A stretch of DNA of 64,000 nt from Candidatus Omnitrophota bacterium (GTDB lineage: Bacteria; Omnitrophota; Gorgyraeia; S143-82): positions 131,683 to 195,682 of the forward strand of contig WGBD01000002.1 of assembly GCA_015494465.1 (NCBI GenBank). Direction: 5' to 3'. Of the stretch, positions 18,666 to 28,647 are shown one piece after another. The position numbers were made by a program, and so were the translations under genes. Position 1 is the stretch's first letter. Each line of letters opens with the position of its first letter. The notes under the pieces were generated by a model, which was not told where the DNA came from, did no database searches, and saw only the letters and a list, made by a program, of their open reading frames with translations.

Positions 18666-19648
18666 GGCACCGGCACCTCGTCAAGTATCCTGGATATGAT
18701 CGCCTCTGGGGTCAACCCCTCTGCCTCCGCCTCGTAACCCAGGATTATCCTGTGGCGAAGGACATCTGGGGCTATCAATTTTACATCCTCCGGGACGACA
18801 AATCCCCGCCCGTGAACGAAGGCAACTGCCTTTGCCCCTATCGTCAAGTATATGCTTGCCCGAGGAGAGGCCCCGTAGGTGATCATTCCCTTGAGGGAAT
18901 CCATACGATAGAGCTCCGGGTGTCTGGTGGCGTCCACCAGATCCACGATGTATCTCTTTACCTTCTCGTCTATGTAGACCTGTCGGACAACCTTCTGAAT
19001 CACGATAACCTCTGCGGGGGTGAGGACCTTTTCTGGCCTGGGTATCTCCCATGCGCTCATCCTCTCTAGGATGAGAAGCTCCTCTTCTTTGGAGGGATAA
19101 CTCACATTCAACTTGAACATGAACCTGTCTACCTGGGCCTCAGGCAAGGGGTAAGTGCCTTCCTGCTCTATAGGGTTCTGGGTGGCCAAGACTATAAAGG
19201 GCTCGGGCAGGCTGTAAGTCTCCTCTCCAATCGTCACCTGACGCTCTTGCATGGCCTCCAAGAGGGCGCTCTGCACCTTTGCCGGGGCCCGGTTTACCTC
19301 GTCCGCCAGGACCACATTGGCAAAGACCGGCCCCTTCTTGGTAACGAACTCCCCCTTCTCCGGATTGTAAATCAGGGTCCCTACGATGTCCGCGGGCAAG
19401 AGGTCGGGGGTAAACTGAATCCTCTGGAAACTGCAATCCAGGACTTCCGCAAGCGTCTTCACCAATAGGGTCTTGGCCAATCCAGGCACGCCCTCTATCA
19501 ACACATGGCCGTTGGATATAAGGGCGATCAAGACCTTCGTAATCAACTCCTTCTGTCCGACTATAACCCGGGATATCTCTCTCTCCAAGGCCCTAAGGGC
19601 AGTAGACTGTTTGTTTATTATCTCCGTCAATTCCTTTAGATCTGCCAT
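18662..19648 (-). CDS. MoxR family AAA+ ATPase
   Basis: EGVPGLAKT, RIQFTPDLLPAD, ADEVNRA, ATQNPIEQEGTYPLPEAQVDRF motifs. Confidence 0.95.
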   Translation of the reverse strand: MADLKELTEIINKQSTALRALEREISRVIVGQKELITKVLIALISNGHVLIEGVPGLAKTLLVKTLAEVLDCSFQRIQFTPDLLPADIVGTLIYNPEKGEFVTKKGPVFANVVLADEVNRAPAKVQSALLEAMQERQVTIGEETYSLPEPFIVLATQNPIEQEGTYPLPEAQVDRFMFKLNVSYPSKEEELLILERMSAWEIPRPEKVLTPAEVIVIQKVVRQVYIDEKVKRYIVDLVDATRHPELYRMDSLKGMITYGASPRASIYLTIGAKAVAFVHGRGFVVPEDVKLIAPDVLRHRIILGYEAEAEGLTPEAIISRILDEVPVP

Positions 19649-19705
19649 CGTCTTCTCCTCGGTTAAAGGCTCCCGTTAACAGAACAGACCATTATACCAC
19701 ATCTA

Positions 19706-21058
19706 TTACCCCACCATCATCCGACCCGAGGCGAATCGCAGTTTGGCCTTCTTGTCCTTGCGCACAAAGGCCAAGGCTATCGTGAGTGGCCCCAACCTAC
19801 CTATCAACATCAGTAGGCTTAGGACAAGCTTGCCTGCTCGGCTCAGGCTCGGGGTGATGCCGGTGCTCAGTCCCACCGTCCCGAATGCAGAGACAGCCTC
19901 GAAAAAGAGACGATCCAAACCAAATCTTGGATCGCTAAGAGAGAGAAAAAATGTGCCTAAAAACAGCATCGTCAAGCCGAACAGGAAGATGGTCCAGGCC
20001 TTGTGCACCACATCCGCAACCAGCGTCCTGCCAAAGACCACCACGTCTTGATGGCCTCTGAGGTACCTCACCGCGGATAGAACCAGAACGGAAAAGGTGG
20101 TCACCTTTATCCCCCCTCCCGTAGAACCGGACGACGCCCCCACGAACATAAGAAACATCAAAAGCCACTTCCCAGCAAGGCTGATGTTCCCTATCTCCAG
20201 ACTGTTAAACCCCGCAGTCCTCGCGTTGACAGACTGGAACATGGCGGATAGGATCCTCTCTTTAAGAGGAAGGGCGGAAAGCATGGTCCTTTCGGTCATC
20301 ATCAATCCGAACGCTCCTACTAGGAACAAGAGCAGATAAGTCACCAGGACTACCTTCGACTGCAATCTAAGTCTCCTACTTTGCCTGCTAAAAACCGCAA
20401 AGAGGTCTTGCAAAACCACGAAACCCAATCCCCCACAGACTATCAACACGGTCATAACCACATTAACGAAGGCATCCCCCCTCCAGCGCGTAAAGCTGTC
20501 GGAAAAGAGGGAAAAACCGGCGTTACAAAATGCGGAGACGGAGTGAAATAGACCGTAATAAAGCGATCTAATCCCAAATCCCTGACGCATCGCCCAGTAG
20601 GCAGAGAGCAAGAACACCCCGATGGCCTCTAAGGCAAAGGTCGCCTTAAAGATGAACCCAATAGAGGACTTAAGCTCCCTTATGCTCTCCTGGTCCATGA
20701 GCTGCCCCAATGCTACCATCTGATGGGACCTTACCTGTCTACCCATACTCACCAAGAGAGAGGCAGAGAAGGTCATTATCCCTAGGGCACCCAGTTGGAT
20801 CAAGGTGAGGATGACGAGCTGGCCCATTAAGGTAAAGTCCTTACCGGTATCCAGGACGACCAGTCCGGTGACGCAGACGGCAGAGGTAGCGGTGAAAAGG
20901 GCATTCACGAACCCCAGCCTGGTGTGGGCCATACCTGGTAACGAAAGGAGAAGAGTCCCCCCGCTGATCAACAACAAGAAGGTCAACAATAAGAAGAGCT
21001 CAGGGCGAGAATAAAGCCTGATTATTATGCGCTCGATAACCGGCCACCTATACATCAC
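19706..21058 (-). CDS. ktrB: Ktr/Trk potassium uptake membrane subunit
   Basis: TATSAVCVTGL, SAFCNAGF, RTAGF, STGGGIK, SAFGTVGLS selectivity-filter motifs. Confidence 0.93.
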   Translation of the reverse strand: MMYRWPVIERIIIRLYSRPELFLLLTFLLLISGGTLLLSLPGMAHTRLGFVNALFTATSAVCVTGLVVLDTGKDFTLMGQLVILTLIQLGALGIMTFSASLLVSMGRQVRSHQMVALGQLMDQESIRELKSSIGFIFKATFALEAIGVFLLSAYWAMRQGFGIRSLYYGLFHSVSAFCNAGFSLFSDSFTRWRGDAFVNVVMTVLIVCGGLGFVVLQDLFAVFSRQSRRLRLQSKVVLVTYLLLFLVGAFGLMMTERTMLSALPLKERILSAMFQSVNARTAGFNSLEIGNISLAGKWLLMFLMFVGASSGSTGGGIKVTTFSVLVLSAVRYLRGHQDVVVFGRTLVADVVHKAWTIFLFGLTMLFLGTFFLSLSDPRFGLDRLFFEAVSAFGTVGLSTGITPSLSRAGKLVLSLLMLIGRLGPLTIALAFVRKDKKAKLRFASGRMMVG

Positions 21059-22145
21059 GCAAGAGCTCTTGGACTATCCTCCCGGCCACATCCCCAGAAG
21101 GCAGGGATCGAAACCCCTCTTTCAGCTGGGCTAGACGGTCCGGATCCCTCTTCAGCTCTAAGACCTTTCTGGCCAGATCCAGGCTATCACCAGCGGACAA
21201 GGCCACATTGGAAGAAATCAAGAAGTCTCTGTTTCCCTCCTCTTGACCTGGAATAGGATCGACCAGTATCATGGGGACCCGCTTGACGATGGCCTCCGAG
21301 ACAACCAATCCCCCTGGTTTGGTGATCAGGAGATCCGCAGCGCTCATAACCAAGTCCATCTCGTCGATCATCCCGTAGACCTTCAGCCCCTCAGCTATAT
21401 CCTGAAGAGGTTCGAGTTCCTTCCGCAACCTTACATTTTTCCCACAACCAACGATAATCTGCACCTCCCGCATCAATATCTTTACCGCATCTATCACCAT
21501 GTTGGGCCGTATTGCATTGGCTAGGATCAGGATGGTAAACTCGTCTTTCAACCCTAATTGGGCCAAGACCGACTCCCGGGGCAAGGTCCGTAGAAAGGCA
21601 GAAGGAACGGGTATCCCGCTCACGCTGACCTTCTCCTTTTCCACCCCCATTTCTACCAGTTCCCCCAATGCACTCTCACACCCAACGAAGTACTTATCCA
21701 CCCCGCTCGACACCCAAAACCTGTGAACCACATAGTCAGTTACTACGCAGACCAATCTACACCTGCACCCGGTCTTGGTCTTGTATCGAGAAAGTACATC
21801 GTTGGCCATGAAGTGGGTGCTCACTATGAGCTCCGGCTGGGTGGCAGTGAGATACTCCTCCAGGCGAGCGGTTACCAAGGCGTTGAGAAGGGAATGCCAG
21901 GAACTGATCAATATCCCCTTGGGATGGTTTGATAAATCAAATGCAAGTCGCCAGAGCCACTTCGCCCGGTTTACCACCCATTGATATCCGTCTCTATAGA
22001 GGGTCCTGAACCAGGATGGGGTGAAGTCGAGGATGTCCAAGAGGGCTACATCCGATCGGCCCGCGTTGATAAAGGACTCGTACAAAGCCTGCCCCGCACG
22101 GCGGTGCCCATTTCCAGCGGAGGCATAGAGGATCAAAATGGACAT
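21048..22145 (-). CDS. MGDG synthase/UgtP-like diacylglycerol glycosyltransferase (GT28)
   Basis: SAGNGH, STHF, VVTDY..H..W, SGIPV, ITKPGG, PIPGQEEGN motifs. Confidence 0.88.
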   Translation of the reverse strand: MSILILYASAGNGHRRAGQALYESFINAGRSDVALLDILDFTPSWFRTLYRDGYQWVVNRAKWLWRLAFDLSNHPKGILISSWHSLLNALVTARLEEYLTATQPELIVSTHFMANDVLSRYKTKTGCRCRLVCVVTDYVVHRFWVSSGVDKYFVGCESALGELVEMGVEKEKVSVSGIPVPSAFLRTLPRESVLAQLGLKDEFTILILANAIRPNMVIDAVKILMREVQIIVGCGKNVRLRKELEPLQDIAEGLKVYGMIDEMDLVMSAADLLITKPGGLVVSEAIVKRVPMILVDPIPGQEEGNRDFLISSNVALSAGDSLDLARKVLELKRDPDRLAQLKEGFRSLPSGDVAGRIVQELLRDV

Positions 22146-22160
22146 CTCTGGATGCCAAGG

Positions 22161-22475
22161 CTACAAGACGAACTTCTCTGCCATGTAACCTATCACCGGT
22201 AAGGACTTGTACTCCCCGGTCATGGCGTTGATCAGGCCAAAGACCACCGCCAGACCAAACACGAGCCTACCCAGGACTAGCAAGAATAGGCCCAACACCG
22301 GGAGGACCGACAAGGCCCAGACCAGAACCTCCAGCACGAATAAGACCAGCCCTTGTTTCGCGTGGAAGCGGATGAACTCGTCGTCCTTGGCCTTAAACAC
22401 CGACCACAGACTCAACGGCCCCAGGTAGGCCAACATTGCCCAGGCCTTTGATTCCAGACTCACCAAGTTTTCCAT
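22161..22475 (-). CDS. DUF4870/Tic20-like small membrane protein
   Basis: LAYL, DEFIRFHAKQG, GEYKSLPVIG pattern; AAGGAGG RBS before ATG at 22475. Confidence 0.75.
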   Translation of the reverse strand: MENLVSLESKAWAMLAYLGPLSLWSVFKAKDDEFIRFHAKQGLVLFVLEVLVWALSVLPVLGLFLLVLGRLVFGLAVVFGLINAMTGEYKSLPVIGYMAEKFVL

Positions 22476-22497
22476 ACTCAAGACCTCCTTTAAGGCT

Positions 22498-23598
22498 TTA
22501 TCCCACATTCAACAGGGAATCCAGCTCCCCGTAAGGGTTCTTCTCCTTCATCGGGTTGTTGGGATCGTCCATCCACTTGCCGTCCACCACGAACCTGTAC
22601 CGGTACCGTCCAGGCGGTAAGGCCATGCTCTTTACCCAAACCCCATTCCTCTTCTCGAGCTTGGAATCCTCCCCTATCCTCCAACCGTTGAAATCACCAG
22701 CGATGTACACCTCCTTCACATTAGGATCGGGGAATATGAACTCCACCATCCTCAACGGCATGTCCCGCCCCATCTCCTTGGAAGGCGCAGAAGGGGACTG
22801 GGGTTTCCAGCCCTTGTCCAAGGGTTCCGGGGCCTCCAGATAAGATAGAAGCTCCCGGGCAAGGCTGAGGTAATCCTTTGCTCCCCGGCAGTACTTGTCG
22901 TAATACAGGGCAGGCTTACCGTGACTGGCAGATTCGCGGAGTTTGACATTGATGTGGATTATCGTCTTGCAGACCTTGTCACCAAATCTTTCCTTTATGG
23001 CATCCTGTACATAATAAGAGTACTGGAGTCGGGAATCAAACATCGTCATAAGTATACGGTAGTCCACATTGTGGTTGAGTCTCTCTCTCACCAGATTTAT
23101 GATGTCCAGGAGCTGATTCACACCGTTGAAGGAGAAGAAGCTCATCTCCAGAGGTATGAGAACCTCGTTAGCAGAGCGCAGGGCATTTATAGTGAGGAAT
23201 CCTAGATTCGGAGGGCAGTCTATCAAAACATAATCGTATTGTCCCTTCATCTGGCTCAAGGCAGACCAAAGCCTGGTTTCCCTGCCTATCTCGTCAGAAA
23301 GCTCCTGCTCCAGGGTACTCAAGAGTATGGAAGAAGGGACCAGGAATAGGTTCTCCGATACCTGCTGAACGACGGAGTCGAGGTCCTTTTTCTGCTGACT
23401 CAACGAGGAAAGGACATCGTAAATAGAGAACTCTATCTTATCAGGATCAAATCCCAAGCCACTGGTAGCGTGGGCCTGGGGATCGAAGTCTATCACTAGC
23501 ACTTTCTTCCCTAGGTAAGCCAAGGACGCGGATAGATTCACTGTGGTGGTGGTCTTACCGCAACCGCCTTTTTGATTGGCAACAGCTATCACATACAT
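22498..23598 (-). CDS. ParA/Soj family ATPase fused to an AMPK-beta-like glycogen-binding domain (CBM48)
   Basis: Deviant Walker A KGGCGKTT, DFDPQAH, IDCPP, MFDSR; C-terminal VYIAGDFNGW...LPPGRYRYRFVVDGKW..DPNNP. Confidence 0.9.
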   Translation of the reverse strand: MYVIAVANQKGGCGKTTTTVNLSASLAYLGKKVLVIDFDPQAHATSGLGFDPDKIEFSIYDVLSSLSQQKKDLDSVVQQVSENLFLVPSSILLSTLEQELSDEIGRETRLWSALSQMKGQYDYVLIDCPPNLGFLTINALRSANEVLIPLEMSFFSFNGVNQLLDIINLVRERLNHNVDYRILMTMFDSRLQYSYYVQDAIKERFGDKVCKTIIHINVKLRESASHGKPALYYDKYCRGAKDYLSLARELLSYLEAPEPLDKGWKPQSPSAPSKEMGRDMPLRMVEFIFPDPNVKEVYIAGDFNGWRIGEDSKLEKRNGVWVKSMALPPGRYRYRFVVDGKWMDDPNNPMKEKNPYGELDSLLNVG

Positions 23599-23635
23599 CT
23601 CTGCCCCCCTGTCTTTGTTGAAGAAGCCCCCCTAA

Positions 23636-24250
23636 TCAAGTGCCCTTTACGAAGCGTATGTTATCGACATATAACACGCCTTTCGGCGTCGACGCATTCC
23701 ACTTGTCGACCACGAAGCCTATCTGCTTTACATCACTCCAGCTAGTTATGCCCGAGACCTCTTTCAGAGGTATTACCACATCTTTCCACCGCGTGCCCAA
23801 AGAGGGGACACCCACCTCTCCGACCTCTCTGAACTGATTTACGAATTCTATCCTTATACTGTGGTTCTCGCCCTTGGAGAACCGTGCCCTAAAGGCCAAG
23901 GCCTCGTAATCGGACACATCGGCGCCTTTTATATTCACATAATAGGTCAACACCGATCCTGCCTTAGGATCGGAAAAGTCGAATCCAATGGAGATTGGAC
24001 CGGACCCGCTGTTTATCATAAGCTCGCTGTGGGCCTCCAATCCAGGGGTAACAGGACCACGGAAGAGTGCCCCCGACCTCCAGCCTACCAGCAATATCAC
24101 CAGCAGAAAGGCATTTGCTACTAAGAGAGGCAGATTGAGATTTATAGTACGCATCCCCCCTACGGAAACCCCTGAGTGTTTCACCTCTTTGCCCTCTCCG
24201 GTTGAAAAGTAGGTCCTGGCGAGTATATCCGCCACCCTCTTGTTCGCCAT
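23636..24250 (-). CDS. Membrane-anchored carbohydrate-binding (CBM11/CIA30-like galactose-binding fold) protein
   Basis: Basic N-terminus, one TM, DVSDYEALAFRAR, WKDVVIPL, GVLYVDNIRF beta-sandwich signature. Confidence 0.7.
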   Translation of the reverse strand: MANKRVADILARTYFSTGEGKEVKHSGVSVGGMRTINLNLPLLVANAFLLVILLVGWRSGALFRGPVTPGLEAHSELMINSGSGPISIGFDFSDPKAGSVLTYYVNIKGADVSDYEALAFRARFSKGENHSIRIEFVNQFREVGEVGVPSLGTRWKDVVIPLKEVSGITSWSDVKQIGFVVDKWNASTPKGVLYVDNIRFVKGT

Positions 24251-24259
24251 TACATTCTT

Positions 24260-24289
24260 CTTATAACACACAAACTATCTAACCGTCAA
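24260..24289 (-). promoter_or_regulatory. Putative sigma70 promoter for the CBM/ParA cluster
   Basis: TTGACG-18 nt-TATAAG with extended TG; ATG only 9 nt downstream, so possibly near-leaderless. Confidence 0.45.
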
Positions 24290-26198
24290 TGGGTAGCGGA
24301 TTTAATTCGCGATATCCGTCGCGAGGTAGCTCCTCTATGAAGGAACTGCGCCGGGCAAAGTAGCCTCCGAAGCGATAATCAAAACTCATTGTAGGTGCGG
24401 TAATTAAGAGGTGCCTCTTGGCCCGGGTAAGGGCAACATAAAAGAGCCGTCTCTCCTCTTCTATACCGTTTTCCTCCCGGAAACTCTTGGAATGGGGGAA
24501 CTGCCCATCCACCACCCCCATCACGAACACCACCTCCCATTCCAATCCCTTCGCCTGATGCACCGTCGAAAGGACTACCGCATCCGAAGACTCCTTCTGA
24601 GGCCTTTTGAAGCTCTCACTTAGACCTATGTCCGAAAACAGCGACTCCAGGTCCCTGTAGCCCTTCAAGAATTCTAAGAGATAGATGAGGTCTTCCTGCC
24701 GGGAGGTGTAATCTTCAAAGTTCTCTCGCAGGTAGTCCCAGTATCCGCTGTCTAGTATCAACTTACAGGCCTCGTAGGCGGAGAGGCCCTGTATCGCAGA
24801 AAAGATGTAACCTATCCTTTCCCAAGCGCTTTTCACCTTCGTGCCCCAGCGCCCCTCCAGTTCACCTAGGTTGGAGAGATCTACATCCCTGAGGATGAGG
24901 TACAACCGTTTGGCGGTCTGGGGGCCTATCCCCGGGTACATACACAGGATCCTCTGCCAAGCCATGTGATCCTTGGGATTGTACAAGACCCGCAGGTAGG
25001 CAAGGACATCCTTTATGTGGGCCTGTTCGAAGAACCTCATTCCCCCGCGCATTACATAGTCTATACCTCTATGGGCCAGAGCTAGTTCCAGCTTTGCGGA
25101 GTGATAAGTAGTGCGGAACAGGACTGCTATCTGCGACGGAGGAACCCCCTCGTCCAAGAAAAATTCTATCTGCTGGGCTATGAAGGCGGATTCCTCCTCC
25201 ACCGAGGAGAACCTGGCCACTATGGGGAGTTCACCGCCACCCTGCACTGCCTTTAACCTCTTTTGATAACCACGAAAGTTATTCTCTATGCTGGAGTTGG
25301 CCAGATAAAGGACCTCCGGCGTGGAACGATAGTTAGTATTGAGAAAGAAGACCCTTGCAGACGGGTGCCTGTCGGTAAACTCCAGTATGTTCTCTACGCT
25401 CGCCCCGCGAAACGAATATATGCTTTGGGCATCGTCACCTACCACCAACAGGTTTTTATGCTTGGAGGCTAGGATCTCCACCAACCTCGCCTGCAATCTG
25501 CTGGTGTCCTGATATTCGTCGACGAGAACATAGCGGAACTTTTGGGAGTAGTACTCCCGCACATCGGAATGCTCGTTTAGGAGGCGATAGGCCATCACCA
25601 AGAGGTCGTCGAAGTCCAGGACATCTGCCTCCCGCTTTCTCTTGTTGTATTCGTCGAACACATGCCCTATCAAAAAGAAGTGGTCTGCGTATTCGGAAAA
25701 CCGCTCCCTTAACAGGTCCTCCCATGGACGCATGGTATTAAGAGCCAAACCACGAAGGTAAGAGAAGAAGCCGGGCGAAGGAAAGGACTTCCTCAACTCC
25801 TGAGACACGACATCCCTTATCACTTGAGAGAACAGGGCCCGGGCGTCTTCCTCGTCGACGATAAGGTAATTCTGGGGCACGCCCAAACGGGGTGAGAACT
25901 TGCGCAGGATGCGATTGCAGATGTGGTGAAAGGTTCCACCCCAGATGCCATCTAGGGGCCTTCCCAATAGGCGCTCCACGCGGGAAAGCATCTCCCGCGA
26001 GGCCTTGATGGTGAAGGTCACCAACAGTATCTCGTCGGCACGGACGCCTTGGTCGAGGAGGTAGGCCACTCGATAGACGAGGGTGCGGGTCTTACCGCTC
26101 CCTGCCCCGGCAAGTACCAGACAATACCCGTCTCCTTCGCTTACCACCCGATACTGCTCGGGATTCAGCTCCTTGCGATAATCTATAGATGTGTTCAC
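24279..26198 (-). CDS. pcrA: UvrD/PcrA family ATP-dependent DNA helicase
   Basis: AGAGSGKT, GTFHH, VDEYQD, VGDDAQSIYSFRGA, NYRS, STVHQAKGLEW, EERRLFYVALTRA motifs. Confidence 0.92.
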   Translation of the reverse strand: MNTSIDYRKELNPEQYRVVSEGDGYCLVLAGAGSGKTRTLVYRVAYLLDQGVRADEILLVTFTIKASREMLSRVERLLGRPLDGIWGGTFHHICNRILRKFSPRLGVPQNYLIVDEEDARALFSQVIRDVVSQELRKSFPSPGFFSYLRGLALNTMRPWEDLLRERFSEYADHFFLIGHVFDEYNKRKREADVLDFDDLLVMAYRLLNEHSDVREYYSQKFRYVLVDEYQDTSRLQARLVEILASKHKNLLVVGDDAQSIYSFRGASVENILEFTDRHPSARVFFLNTNYRSTPEVLYLANSSIENNFRGYQKRLKAVQGGGELPIVARFSSVEEESAFIAQQIEFFLDEGVPPSQIAVLFRTTYHSAKLELALAHRGIDYVMRGGMRFFEQAHIKDVLAYLRVLYNPKDHMAWQRILCMYPGIGPQTAKRLYLILRDVDLSNLGELEGRWGTKVKSAWERIGYIFSAIQGLSAYEACKLILDSGYWDYLRENFEDYTSRQEDLIYLLEFLKGYRDLESLFSDIGLSESFKRPQKESSDAVVLSTVHQAKGLEWEVVFVMGVVDGQFPHSKSFREENGIEEERRLFYVALTRAKRHLLITAPTMSFDYRFGGYFARRSSFIEELPRDGYRELNPLPIDG

Positions 26199-26227
26199 TG
26201 GTTAACATCCTCTCGGCGATCGCTTGC

Positions 26228-26320
26228 TGGCGGAGAGGGTGGGATTCGAACCCACGAGCCCGCTCGTCGCAGGCTGCCGGTTTTCAAGACCGGTGCGTTC
26301 ATCCGCTCCGCCACCTCTCC
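26228..26320 (-). tRNA. tRNA-Ser (TGA)
   Basis: GGAGAGGTGGCGGAGCGG...GGTCTTGAAAACC...long variable arm...GGGTTCGAATCCCACCCTCTCCGCCA. Confidence 0.95.
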
Positions 26321-26327
26321 GGGGAAT

Positions 26328-26357
26328 ATTATATTCACAGGGATATCTCTATGGCAA
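26328..26357 (-). promoter_or_regulatory. sigma70 promoter for tRNA-Ser
   Basis: TTGCCA-18 nt-TATAAT. Confidence 0.6.
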
Positions 26358-26816
26358 TCGCAAAAGGACCACCACCTGGGCCATCACCCCGGAGACGAAG
26401 AGCCCTTCGCTCGTCTTGGCCTTCAGCGAGATCCTTGATTCCTCTACGCCGAGATCCCGGGATAGGTTTGTACGGATCTTAGACTTGTAAAGGGACAATT
26501 TGGGGCTATCCAAGACGACGGTGATGTCCAGATTGACTATCTCAAATTCGCCGACCCGGGTTGTCATCTCCCTGTAGAGATCTACTCCCCTTGCCCCTTC
26601 ATATCTCTTCTCTCCGGGCGGAAACAACTCACCTATGTCGCCCTTGCCAAGGGCACCGAGGATCGCATCTATCAGGGCGTGATAGACGACATCCCCGTCG
26701 GAGTGGGCAACCACCTTTGGTCCCTCGGGTATAGGCACACCTCCCAAGACCAGATCCCTGTCCCCACCGAAGCGATGGAGGTCAAATCCCAGTCCTACCC
26801 GCAGATCAGTTCCCAT
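26349..26816 (-). CDS. ispF: 2-C-methyl-D-erythritol 2,4-cyclodiphosphate synthase
   Basis: GLGFDLH, HSDGDV..HA..DA..GA, DIGELFP, KAKTSE motifs. Confidence 0.95.
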   Translation of the reverse strand: MGTDLRVGLGFDLHRFGGDRDLVLGGVPIPEGPKVVAHSDGDVVYHALIDAILGALGKGDIGELFPPGEKRYEGARGVDLYREMTTRVGEFEIVNLDITVVLDSPKLSLYKSKIRTNLSRDLGVEESRISLKAKTSEGLFVSGVMAQVVVLLRLP

Positions 26817-28084
26817 CAGTACTTCATCTTGGCCAGGTTATCCAGAAACTCCTTGTTGCTGCGCGTCTTGCGAAGCCGGTCTATAAGAAGTTCCATCGCC
26901 TCTGCCGGTGGCAGGTCGTTCAGGACCTTCCTCAGTATCCATATCTTCTGGAGCTGGTCCTGAGGCACCAACAGCTCCTCCCGGCGGGTGTTGGACCTGC
27001 GGATGTCTATGGCCGGGTATATCCTCCTCTGAAAGAGATTCCTGTCCAACTGCAATTCCATGTTGCCCGTACCCTTAAACTCCTCAAAGATGACCTCGTC
27101 CATCTTACTACCGGTATCTATCAGGGCGGTGGCTATTATCGTCAGACTCCCGCCTTCCTCTACCGCCCTCGCAGCCCCGAAGAACCGCTTTGGCTTGTGC
27201 AGGGCGTTGGCATCCACACCACCCGAGAGTATCTTCCCGCTGTGGGGCACGACCGTGTTGTAGGCCCTTGCCAGACGGGTGATGCTGTCGAGGAGGATCA
27301 CCACATCCTTTTTGTGCTCTACCAGCCTCTTGGCCTTCTCCAGCACCATCTCCGCGACCTGCACATGGCGCTCTGCAGGCTCGTCGAAGGTGGAGCTTAT
27401 CACCTCACCCCGCACCATCCTCTGCATCTCGGTCACCTCTTCCGGACGCTCGTCTATCAACAGGACGATCATGTACACCTCAGGCTGGTTCCTCATTATG
27501 CTGTTGGCTATCTTCTGCAGGATCACCGTCTTTCCACTGTAGGGAGGCGCCACGATGAGGGCCCTCTGCCCCTTACCGATAGGGGTAAGCAGATCTATCA
27601 CTCGGGTCTCTATCTCATCGGGGCCGGTCTCCAGTATAAACCTCTCGTGGGGGTATAAGGGGGTGAGGTTGTCAAAGAGGGTGCGATCCTTTATCTTCTC
27701 GGGATTCTCGAAGTTTACCGCCTCCACCTTCAGGAGGGCAAAGTACTTCTCCCCCTCCTTGGGCGGACGGATCTGTCCGCTCACCGTATCGCCGGTGCGC
27801 AGATCAAACCTGCGTATCTGAGATGGAGATACATATATGTCGTCCGGGGAGGGCAGGTAATTGTACTTCGGTGAACGCAGGAAACCAAACCCGTCGGGAA
27901 GCACTTCCAAGACCCCTTCCCCGAACATCAGCCCGTTCTTTTGGGCCTGATGTTCCAGTATCTTAAATATCAATTCCTGCTTCCGCAGGCCACTGACGCC
28001 GGATATGCCCATCTCCTTGGCTATCTTTACCAGGTCCTGCACCTTTTTATTTTTCAGGGTTTCAACATCCATCTTTTCTACCAT
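26816..28084 (-). CDS. rho: Transcription termination factor Rho
   Basis: [54 protein letters not shown] motifs. Confidence 0.98.
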   Translation of the reverse strand: MVEKMDVETLKNKKVQDLVKIAKEMGISGVSGLRKQELIFKILEHQAQKNGLMFGEGVLEVLPDGFGFLRSPKYNYLPSPDDIYVSPSQIRRFDLRTGDTVSGQIRPPKEGEKYFALLKVEAVNFENPEKIKDRTLFDNLTPLYPHERFILETGPDEIETRVIDLLTPIGKGQRALIVAPPYSGKTVILQKIANSIMRNQPEVYMIVLLIDERPEEVTEMQRMVRGEVISSTFDEPAERHVQVAEMVLEKAKRLVEHKKDVVILLDSITRLARAYNTVVPHSGKILSGGVDANALHKPKRFFGAARAVEEGGSLTIIATALIDTGSKMDEVIFEEFKGTGNMELQLDRNLFQRRIYPAIDIRRSNTRREELLVPQDQLQKIWILRKVLNDLPPAEAMELLIDRLRKTRSNKEFLDNLAKMKY

Positions 28085-28646
28085 AACCGCTTTTACCTCC
28101 CTTCAATAATCGTTCCCAAACCTCTCTTACCTGTCTCTCCAGCCTGACAAGATCACCACTGTTGTCCAATACGAAATCCGCCCTCTTCTCCGCATCTCCA
28201 CTAAACAGGGCGTCCCTGCGACGAAAATCCTCTTCGTTCATTCCCCTCCGGAGGGCCCGGCCAAGCCTTACCTCTTCCGGTGCGGTAACCACTATCACCG
28301 CATCCATCTCCTTATCCCATCCCGCCTCGTAAAGAAGGGGAACCTCCCACACATTGGGTTTATCTGGCTCCTCTCTGGAGCGCATTACCTCCAATACGCG
28401 AGGATAAAGGTAATCACAGTATCGCCTGCGCAATTGAGGATCGGAAAACAGCCTATCCGCTATCTTCGCCTTATCAGGAAGTCTATCCTCTCCCAATATC
28501 TCCGCTACCCTTCTCTGGACCTCCGGGTCGGATAACAGCTCGTGCACCACCGCATCACTGACTATCACATTCGCCCCAAGCCTTTCCAATATCCTGGCAA
28601 CGGTGCTCTTACCTGAGGCGATCCTTCCGGTGAGACCAATCCTCAT
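28062..28646 (-). CDS. coaE: Dephospho-CoA kinase
   Basis: [24 protein letters not shown] motifs; polA-coaE-rho order. Confidence 0.93.
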   Translation of the reverse strand: MRIGLTGRIASGKSTVARILERLGANVIVSDAVVHELLSDPEVQRRVAEILGEDRLPDKAKIADRLFSDPQLRRRYCDYLYPRVLEVMRSREEPDKPNVWEVPLLYEAGWDKEMDAVIVVTAPEEVRLGRALRRGMNEEDFRRRDALFSGDAEKRADFVLDNSGDLVRLERQVREVWERLLKGGKSGYGRKDGC

Positions 28647-28647
28647 C

